Shown here piece by piece: positions 10,090 to 17,118 of a DNA stretch of 64,000 nt (its first letter is position 1; every line of letters starts with the position of its first letter). Under the pieces are notes generated by a model. It searched no databases. It worked only from the letters and a program-made list of their open reading frames with translations, and was not told the DNA's origin. The stretch is from assembly GCA_963827475.1 (NCBI GenBank), contig CAWHAZ010000005.1:1-64000 (forward strand). Direction: 5' to 3'. The position numbers and the translations under genes were made by a program. Source of the stretch: an uncultured Chloroflexia bacterium (GTDB taxonomy: Bacteria > Chloroflexota > Limnocylindria > QHBO01).

Positions 10090-11499
10090 TTCCGAGGCGA
10101 GTGCTGGCCTCGAGGTCGGGCTCCCTTCGTCGGTGCCGGTGGCGACGGTCACGCTCGGACCGGTCGGCGGCGGCCACCAGGTCGTCCTGGTGGAGCATGG
10201 TCGGCAGCTCGTCGGGCCGCTCCGGCGGGCGATCCAGGATGTCGCGGCTCAGCCCGACCAGGACCGGCACGATCTCCGGGTCGAACTGGAGGCCGGAGTA
10301 CTTCTCGAGCTCGGCAATGGCCTGCTCGTGGGTCAGCGCGGTGAGCCGATACGGGCGGGAGCTGGTCATCGCCTCGTAGGCGTCGGCCACGGTCAGGATC
10401 CGGGCGCCGAGCGGGATGTCGTGCGTACTCCAGCGCCGTCCGGGTAGCCGCTGCCGTTGATCCACTCGTGGTGGGCCCGGATGAGCGGCGCCTCCGGCGC
10501 GAGCTGGTTGGCGGGCGCCACGATCTCCGCCCCGATGGTCGGGTGCTGGTTCATGAGGATCCGCTCCTCGCGGTTCAGCGGCCCCGGCTTGAGCAGGATG
10601 TTGTCGCGGATCCCGATCTTGCCCACGTCATGCAGTAACCCCGCCCACTTGATCTTCTCGACCTCCGACTCGGGCAGGCTCATGACCCGGCACATCGCCT
10701 CCGAGATGTGGCTCACCCGGTTCGAATGACCGCGGGTGTACCGATCCCGGGCGTCCACCGCGTTGGCCAGGGCCCCGATCGTCTGCTCGAACAGCTCGCG
10801 GGTCTCGACGTAGCGGTGATAAGCCATGCGAGTCGTGAACAGCGGGATCGCGAACAGCGCGGTCGCCCACCAGCCGACTCCGTTCGGCAGCAGGAATACC
10901 TGCGCCATCAGCCACCCCACAGGCGCCAGGCCGAGGAGGTTCGGAGCAATCGCGCCGATATCTCGCGCAAAGACTGTTCGAACCGAAGCTCCGGTCCTGA
11001 GCGACACAGCAACAACCGCGAGCGACGCACTGATGAGGGAGTAGACGAGCCCAGCGATGAGTGAGTCCCGCGAACTGGACGAGCGACGACTGCAACGGTG
11101 GCAAGCCGGACGCCAAGTCGGCGATCAGCTCGAAGGGGATGCCGGCCACGACGGCGGCTATGACCAGGGCGCGTGGTTGAAGAGCGTCCCGTACCACGGG
11201 ACTTCCCCGCTCAATTCCCTGGAGTCCGTGGTCCCAATCGCCGCCACTATCCCGCCAGCGGTCGGACCACCAAGCACGATGGAAGCCAAAAGCGGCGCGA
11301 AACTGACCGAGGCCACGGTCCCGGTTGGCAGGCGCACAGGCAGGGCGCTGGCGACCAGCGTCAGGATGGTCCAGTAGGCGATCCCCGCGGGACCGCCGAT
11401 CTCTTCCCGGATGGGGAAGAAAACCGAAACCGCCGCGAGCGCAATCGCTGCGGCGGCTACTGTAAGGCCAACAAGGAGCTGGACTCTCGCGGTCACCAA
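10090..11499 (-). CDS. Membrane-sensor HD-GYP c-di-GMP phosphodiesterase (frameshifts; 3' end approximate)
   Basis: Multi-TM N-terminus (LPVRLP..SVSFAP..LFNHA); AVDARDRYTRGHSNRV, LLHDVGKIG, HPTIGAEI, HHEWINGSGYP, IPLGARILTVADAYEAMTSSRPYR, QFDPEIV. Confidence 0.9.
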
Positions 11500-11548
11500 G
11501 CTCCAACCCTAGCCTTGCGAGTCAGATTGCGTCAACCGCGACGCCAGG

Positions 11549-11647
11549 CTACCAACCTTTGACGGAAGCTCCTCCGGCGAGCGCCAAAAGAACTAAGGCC
11601 ACGACTGGCAGCAGGCGGACGAAGATGCGATGTCTCACTGTGTCCAT
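11549..11647 (-). CDS. 32-aa signal-peptide-like precursor MDTVRHRIFVRLLPVVALVLLALAGGASVKGW (putative peptide pheromone)
   Basis: Hand translation, ATG 11647 to TAG 11549; basic N-region, hydrophobic core, polar C-terminal ASVKGW; directly upstream of the HD-GYP gene on the same strand. Confidence 0.8.
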   Translation of the reverse strand: MDTVRHRIFVRLLPVVALVLLALAGGASVKGW

Positions 11648-11662
11648 CGCGGTCTCTTCGTC

Positions 11663-11689
11663 TTACCAGCCCTTAATTGAGGCTTTCAC
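11663..11689 (-). CDS. 8-aa mini-ORF MKASIKGW
   Basis: GTG AAA GCC TCA ATT AAG GGC TGG TAA with GAGGG 8 nt upstream; C-terminus matches the neighbouring precursor (ASVKGW) but uses different codons. Confidence 0.5.
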   Translation of the reverse strand: MKASIKGW

Positions 11690-11734
11690 AGAAGGTGCCC
11701 TCTTCTGACGAGGAACCGACCTATCCGGTCTGGA

Positions 11735-11808
11735 TGGTCGGTTGCACTACTTGCTCCCCACGCGCCTAAGTGCCCAACGTTCAGCGCGTGGATCTTTGCT
11801 TCCGGATC
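11735..11808 (-). ncRNA. Cyclic di-GMP-II riboswitch aptamer
   Basis: Minus strand GGAAGCAAAGATCCACGCGCTGAACGTTGGGCACTTAGGCGCGTGGGGAGCAAGTAGTGCAACCGACC: 5' GGAA, stem CCACGCGC/GCGCGTGG, loop TTGGGCACTT, pseudoknot GCAC/GTGC, 3' AGTAGTGCAACCGACC, as in the known class II aptamer; lies upstream of an HD-GYP gene. Confidence 0.88.
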
Positions 11809-11809
11809 G

Positions 11810-14800
11810 TTATCGACCAGTACGAAAGTACTGGCGTTGTGGTGGGACCCTAGCGCCCAGTGGCGGGCAAGTCAAGTCTTTTCGCCAAGAAGTCAACAAC
11901 GAATGGACCGACGCATGGGCATTTCCGCCGAGCTCGGAGAGAGCACTATGGACCTCCTGTGACGCGGGCACCTGCAATTCCTCTTCGACTGCCGTCGCGA
12001 ACTCGCTGATGAGTCGTCGTGCCGCAGCCCGACGACCCATCTCGTGCAGTTTTCTAGCCATCGCCACATGAGCGGATTCGTCGAACGGGTCGAACTCGGT
12101 CAGCACCTCCGCGGCCCGGAGCGAGACATGCGCCGGGATGTCCGGAGTGCTTGCGACTGCGATTTCTAGGAGGGGCTCCCGGACCTCAGCGGCCACCGAC
12201 ATCTGTATCCCTGCTGCCCAGTCCTCATACCGAAGGTCAGCGAGAAACTCGCCGCGTATGAGGGAAAGCATGGCGATAGCTGCCCGGCGTCGCTCCTGGG
12301 CACTTGTGGCACCTTGGAGCAGAGCTGAGAGGCGTCGGACTTCGTCGAGATCGCTGACGACCAACTCCGGGTCGAACGCGAGAGATTCGCCGCTGCTCAC
12401 AACGTACTGTGGTCTGTCCGGATCCTTTGAGCCGGAATTGAGATGCCGGCGAAGCTGAAAGACGGCCTGATTCAGGTTGTTTACGCCACCCGCTGGATCG
12501 TGGTCTGGCCAGAGAATCTCCATAGCCATCTCTCGAGTGAGCGTCCGATGTCGATTCGCGACTAGCAGGCCCAACAGCAGTCGGAGCCGCTTCTTGTCGA
12601 TGGTGATCTCAGGTCCGTCCCAGTCGCCACGATGGACGCTGAGCGGCCCGAAGGCTCTCACGTAGAGCCGAGCAGCGGTGCTCCTCAGGATCTCCCTGCG
12701 GACTTGCGCGACGTCTTCGCCGGCGCACTCACGAAGTAGTCCGGCCGTCTCGGCGTTCCCACGTGACCGCACCAATGCGAGAGCTTCCGCCCGCTCGGAT
12801 CCGTCAAGAGTGGGAAGAATCTCGACTAGTACCGGCATCCAAAAGGTCAGGTCCCCAGCCGCGATTCGGAGGAGTTGGGCTACATGGCCGCTCGTAGCCA
12901 AATGCTCTGCAAAGGGCGCGAAGCGTCGAAGCCACCAACGGAGATACGGTATAGCCCCGAATCGCTCCGCGCCCGCCAGAGCTCGCGAAGCGTGCACGCC
13001 GGCGTTCGCGGAATCGTGCTCTATCAGAAGCGGAGTGAGTTGTACGAGGCCGCAAGCCGCCATAAAGCGCGCACCACGCTCCTCCCAAGATTTCAGTTGC
13101 TCAAGCGCTGTCGCACACTCGCCGGTGCATGAGTTTCGCGCGTGAGCTGCGAGGGCCAGGGCAGCGGATGTGCTCGCGGACAATCGCGGGTCTGGGTCGA
13201 GCCGGCGCAATTTGACGCTCGCCAAATCTAGGTCATCCTGGCTCGCTCCTCCGAGGTAGTAGGCGCAGATGAGCAGCGCGAGAGAAGGCTCCTCAAGGCC
13301 GCCGAGGATTTCCCGCTTGGAGAGGATCCGTCGCAGCAGGCGAGTCGCCTCGCTGAATTCCCCTCGCTGGAGCAGTACGCAAGCAAGGCCAAACTCCGCC
13401 TCGGCATGTGGTCGCGGCCACCTCCTTGTCCTGACGATTCCCTGTTGAGCGACTACTTCGGCTCGCCCCACATCCGCCACCGCAAGGAGGGTCTCCACGA
13501 AATCAGCGTTGTCTCCGAAAGGACTGCTTGGGATGGCACGCCAAAACCTGTCTGCCTCCTCGAAGTTCGCAAGGCTCTCAGTCAGCCGGCCGAGCCACCG
13601 CTGAACCAAGCCGAGGTTGTGATGACCGATTGCGGCGTAGTGCATGAGACCGCGCGACCTTGCTTCGTGCACAAGCTCTTCGCAGTCCCGCTCGGTCCGC
13701 TCCATTGACTCGAGCCAGGTCTCAGTGATCGCGAGGTTTCCTCGGAGTCGCAGCCTGGTCTCAAAGTCGTCAGGCCCGGCGAGGGTCAAGCCTCGCCGGG
13801 CAGCCTGGACGCTCTCGACGGCCTGGCCGCGGTAATTGAAGTGCGTACTCAACTTTAGTTCCGCCAGCGCGGCCATCCTGCGATCACCCTTTCTCTCGAA
13901 GAAGATCCGTCCCTTCTCGAGAGCTTCACGGGCAGAGTCCCACTCTCCACGTATGGTGCCGAGTGACTCACCGTGCAGCAGCGATAGGCGCGCGTTGTCT
14001 TTGATCGTCTTTGTTGGCAGCTGGCTAAGCCATTCGTCTATAAGACCAAGTCGGCCCTCGCCCACGACGGATTCCCCGTATTTGGCTATGAGCCGCGCTG
14101 CTTGGCGCTGAAGGCCCGCACGGAGGTAATGGTGGATGGCCTCCGGCCATTGGAGCGTCGTCTCGTAGTAGGAGGCTGCGTGAATATGGAGGCCGATAAC
14201 CTCGGGGTCCGACCGTTCCGCTGCGAGGCGCCGCTCCAAGAAATCCCGGAACAACCCGTGGTAGCGATACATTTTCTCGTCCACGTCCAGACGGTTCGTG
14301 AAGAGGCCTCGCTGCTCGAGATCAGCCAATAGGAGCGAACCGTCCCGCACTCCACTTAGTCGTTCGGCAAGTTCCGCCGTGATCTGCTGGAGGATTGATG
14401 TACACAGCAAGAAATTCCTTGTTTCATCGCTCTGCTGGTCGAGGACTTCTTCTGCCAAGAAGGCAAACAGGTCGTTGTCGGTCGCCGCGGTAATCGACTC
14501 GATGAATGAGCTGCGTTCCGCTGGGCGGCTCTTGTCTCGCAACGAGACCTCGACGAGCTGAAGGCTGGCAGCCCACCCTTCTGTTCGGCGGTCGAGCTCA
14601 ATCAGCTCGCCCGGATCAAGAGGGTCGGAATAGACATCGCGGAAGAGAGCGTCAATTTCAGGTTCCCTAAAGCGCAGGGCATCAGTCCGCAGCTCGCCGT
14701 AGCCACCGTGTGTGCGAAAGCGAGCGAACTGGAGTCGGGGCCTTGCACGTGACAGGAAGACGAACCGGCAGGTTGGAGGCGCGTCGCGCAAGATCTGATT

Positions 14801-15265
14801 CCAGAGCCCGCGGACTTCGGTCTGGCTCGTTACGAAATGCCAGTCATCGATGATGAATGTGCACGGCTCAGTGAGCCGCTCGTGCATCTCAGCTAGTAGA
14901 AATGCGGCCACTCCAGGGCGGCTCGATCCCGGGCCGCCAAGTTGGCGGAGCATGCTGTGCGCCTGATGTCCGAATCCAGGGTGGCGTTGGGCAATCGCTT
15001 CGATGAGGTAACTGATGTGGAGTGACCAGTCACGGTCATTGCGGTCGAGCTTGTACCAGTAGCACGGGAATTCCACCTCGCGCTCCCACTGCCAAAGCAG
15101 CGTGGTCTTTCCATAACCGGCATCTGCCGCGACGACTATGGCCCGGCAGTCGGCGTGGTCATTCAGCCAGTCGATAAGGCGCGCACGACGAAGCGTGGGG
15201 GTCACATAGTGGGGCGACGTGACCTTGTTGTGGATGAGGGGATAGGCGGTATTGATCTCGCCCAA
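11810..15265 (-). CDS. MalT-like STAND NTPase - TPR - winged HTH/BTAD (SARP-type) transcriptional regulator, about 1150 aa
   Basis: GGAGGG RBS and TTG at 15265; RRARLIDWL, Walker A ADAGYGKTTLL, Walker B FIIDDWH, TEGWAASL, YRYHGLFRDFL, helical repeats, AFGPL..LWPD..LRRHL, GEFLAD..DPFDESAH. Confidence 0.88.
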   Translation of the reverse strand: MGEINTAYPLIHNKVTSPHYVTPTLRRARLIDWLNDHADCRAIVVAADAGYGKTTLLWQWEREVEFPCYWYKLDRNDRDWSLHISYLIEAIAQRHPGFGHQAHSMLRQLGGPGSSRPGVAAFLLAEMHERLTEPCTFIIDDWHFVTSQTEVRGLWNQILRDAPPTCRFVFLSRARPRLQFARFRTHGGYGELRTDALRFREPEIDALFRDVYSDPLDPGELIELDRRTEGWAASLQLVEVSLRDKSRPAERSSFIESITAATDNDLFAFLAEEVLDQQSDETRNFLLCTSILQQITAELAERLSGVRDGSLLLADLEQRGLFTNRLDVDEKMYRYHGLFRDFLERRLAAERSDPEVIGLHIHAASYYETTLQWPEAIHHYLRAGLQRQAARLIAKYGESVVGEGRLGLIDEWLSQLPTKTIKDNARLSLLHGESLGTIRGEWDSAREALEKGRIFFERKGDRRMAALAELKLSTHFNYRGQAVESVQAARRGLTLAGPDDFETRLRLRGNLAITETWLESMERTERDCEELVHEARSRGLMHYAAIGHHNLGLVQRWLGRLTESLANFEEADRFWRAIPSSPFGDNADFVETLLAVADVGRAEVVAQQGIVRTRRWPRPHAEAEFGLACVLLQRGEFSEATRLLRRILSKREILGGLEEPSLALLICAYYLGGASQDDLDLASVKLRRLDPDPRLSASTSAALALAAHARNSCTGECATALEQLKSWEERGARFMAACGLVQLTPLLIEHDSANAGVHASRALAGAERFGAIPYLRWWLRRFAPFAEHLATSGHVAQLLRIAAGDLTFWMPVLVEILPTLDGSERAEALALVRSRGNAETAGLLRECAGEDVAQVRREILRSTAARLYVRAFGPLSVHRGDWDGPEITIDKKRLRLLLGLLVANRHRTLTREMAMEILWPDHDPAGGVNNLNQAVFQLRRHLNSGSKDPDRPQYVVSSGESLAFDPELVVSDLDEVRRLSALLQGATSAQERRRAAIAMLSLIRGEFLADLRYEDWAAGIQMSVAAEVREPLLEIAVASTPDIPAHVSLRAAEVLTEFDPFDESAHVAMARKLHEMGRRAAARRLISEFATAVEEELQVPASQEVHSALSELGGNAHASVHSLLTSWRKDLTCPPLGARVPPQRQYFRTGR
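11847..11875 (-). promoter_or_regulatory. Sigma70-type promoter for the riboswitch/peptide/HD-GYP operon
   Basis: TTGACT (11875-11870), 17-nt spacer, TAGGGT (11852-11847), about 40 nt upstream of the aptamer. Confidence 0.65.
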
Positions 15266-15365
15266 CGAATGACCCTCCGATGGCGGGCACTTTACGGGCG
15301 TGCGCTCCGCCAGATGGCAGCATACGGCCGTTCGACTTACCAGCCAATTAGTTGAGGCGGAACTC

Positions 15366-15897
15366 GTGAGGGCGTGGATCGGGCTGGGCGGCAATCTCGA
15401 AGGGTCGCGAGCGGCGCTCGTATCGGCCCTGGACTCGCTCGCCGATTTCGGCACGATCGGACCGATCTCGAGCTTGTACCGATCCGCCCCGCGAGAGCGG
15501 ACCGATCAGCCTGATTTCCTCAACGCCGCGGTGGTCGCTGGAGACCGAGCTCGAGCCGCGACCGCTGCTGGTCGAGCTGAAGGCGATCGAGCGGCGACTC
15601 GGCCGCGACCCGTTTGGCCATCGGTATGGGCCGCGCCTGGTGGACCTGGACCTGCTGGCGATCGAGGGGCGCTGCGTGGACGACGAGCCGGACCTGGTGG
15701 TGCCGCACCCGAAGCTGGCCGAGCGGCGGTTCGCGCTGGAGCCGCTGGCCGAGCTGGATCCGAACCTGAAGCCGTGGGCGGAGTGCCCCGGTGACCGGCG
15801 CGAGCTGACCGTGGCGGAGGCGCTGGCGGCGGTGATGGATCAGGAGGTCGAGGTGATCGAGGGACCGGGCTGGGCGGGGATCACCGAGCCCCAGTAG
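15366..15897 (+). CDS. folK: 2-amino-4-hydroxy-6-hydroxymethyldihydropteridine diphosphokinase (frameshift about 15540)
   Basis: AWIGLGGNL, SSLYRSAP..QPDFLNAA, GPRLVDLDLL, LVVPHPKLAERRFALEPL. Confidence 0.9.
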
Positions 15898-16523
15898 AAC
15901 GGGCCGCTCGCCTCGAGGCTGGCGGTCCATCCCAGCGTTGCCAGCCGATCCGCCAGGTCGGCCGGGTTCCAGAGCACCTTCACCGCGTGGTGCGGGGTGC
16001 CGTCCAGCAGCGGGCGGCGGACGATGCCGCGCTCGCGGTCGACCCAGTCCTCCTGCCACAGGCCGTGGTCCGCCTCGTCGGCGACGAAGACCCGTCCGCC
16101 GGGGCGGAGGAGGCCGGCGCACAGCTGCCAGAACGCCTCGAACCGCGAGTACGGGACGTGGGACAGCCAGAAGCCGAAGACCACGACGTCCCACTCCGGG
16201 GCCGGCTCCAGGGCGAAGACATCGGCCACCGCGTAGCGGACGTGGGGACCGCCGTGGCGGGCGGCGTTGATGGCCAGCATCTCGTCGGAGGCATCGGTCA
16301 CGGTCAGCTCGTCCGCGAACTCGGCCAGGATTCCGGTCCACTGGCCGGTGCCGGCGGCCAGCTCGAGGACGCGGCCGCGGGGCTCGAAGGCGCGGAGGGC
16401 GGTGCGGATGCGCTCGAGGTCCGCCTCGAACGGGTTGTCGGGTGAGGTCGAGGTGACGTCGTACTCGGCCGCCCGGTCGCGGTAGTAGCGGATCTGGCCC
16501 TCGATCAGCGCCTGGTCGTCCAT
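15840..16523 (-). CDS. Class I SAM-dependent methyltransferase
   Basis: YYRDRAAEYD, VLELAAGTGQWT, FWLSHVP, LRPGGRV. Confidence 0.85.
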   Translation of the reverse strand: MDDQALIEGQIRYYRDRAAEYDVTSTSPDNPFEADLERIRTALRAFEPRGRVLELAAGTGQWTGILAEFADELTVTDASDEMLAINAARHGGPHVRYAVADVFALEPAPEWDVVVFGFWLSHVPYSRFEAFWQLCAGLLRPGGRVFVADEADHGLWQEDWVDRERGIVRRPLLDGTPHHAVKVLWNPADLADRLATLGWTASLEASGPFYWGSVIPAQPGPSITSTS

Positions 16524-16707
16524 CGGTCAGCCGGTCACGACCGTCCCAACCGAACCGGATGTCGGCTGCTGCCACACGACCTCGAAGGTGGCTTTGAGGC
16601 CCGAAAACTCGTGGCGATCCATGAAGAACGGCACGTGGCCAAGGATGCGATACGGCTCGCGGGCTGGCAACGGATCGTAAACAAGTTGGCGGCTTCCCTA
16701 TGCTGCC

Positions 16708-17106
16708 GTGCTGATGGCAGCCGATGACTCGCGAATCAAGATCTGGGCGCGTCGGGCCGGCTACGCCGTTCTGCTCGCGGCGCTCGTGCTCCCGTGGGTG
16801 CTCATCGCCCAAGGGCGCGCCCAGCGATCAGCATCAGCACCTGCGGTGCTCGAACAGGTGTGGGAGCAGTCGAATGGCCGATTCACGATCGGGGCGTTCT
16901 CGTTCACGGTCGATGGTCAGGTCTACCGGGGGCAGGACGAGGACCCGGGCACACCAACACGCGGGAGCCGGACGTGGAGCTCAGACGAGCTGGTGGGAAT
17001 GCACGTCTGCTACGACCCGGAACTGCCAGGCGAGGAATTCGCCCTGGCCCCGGCCCGCTACCGCTGCGGCGACCCGGACATCATCACGACCGACGGGGGG
17101 TGGTAG
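16708..17106 (+). CDS. Hypothetical membrane-anchored protein (DUF3592-like)
   Basis: Single N-terminal TM, FSFTVDGQVYRG, VCYDP. Confidence 0.45.
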   Translation: MLMAADDSRIKIWARRAGYAVLLAALVLPWVLIAQGRAQRSASAPAVLEQVWEQSNGRFTIGAFSFTVDGQVYRGQDEDPGTPTRGSRTWSSDELVGMHVCYDPELPGEEFALAPARYRCGDPDIITTDGGW

Positions 17107-17118
17107 CGGCTACTCCCC

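Noticed and set aside
11721-11747. Another tiny ORF (GTG CAA CCG ACC ATC CAG ACC GGA TAG) after a GGGGAG sequence
   Set aside because: It overlaps the conserved 3' end of the riboswitch aptamer and the anti-aptamer helix, so RNA structure explains the sequence.
15266-15454. N-terminal extension of the STAND ORF in the track (1214 aa)
   Set aside because: It overlaps the divergent folK start; a TTG with a GGAGGG RBS at 15265 precedes the first conserved motif.
10700-15520. Lower-GC region as a prophage or integrative element
   Set aside because: No integrase, transposase, tRNA or flanking direct repeats were seen, and the boundaries fall within host-type genes.
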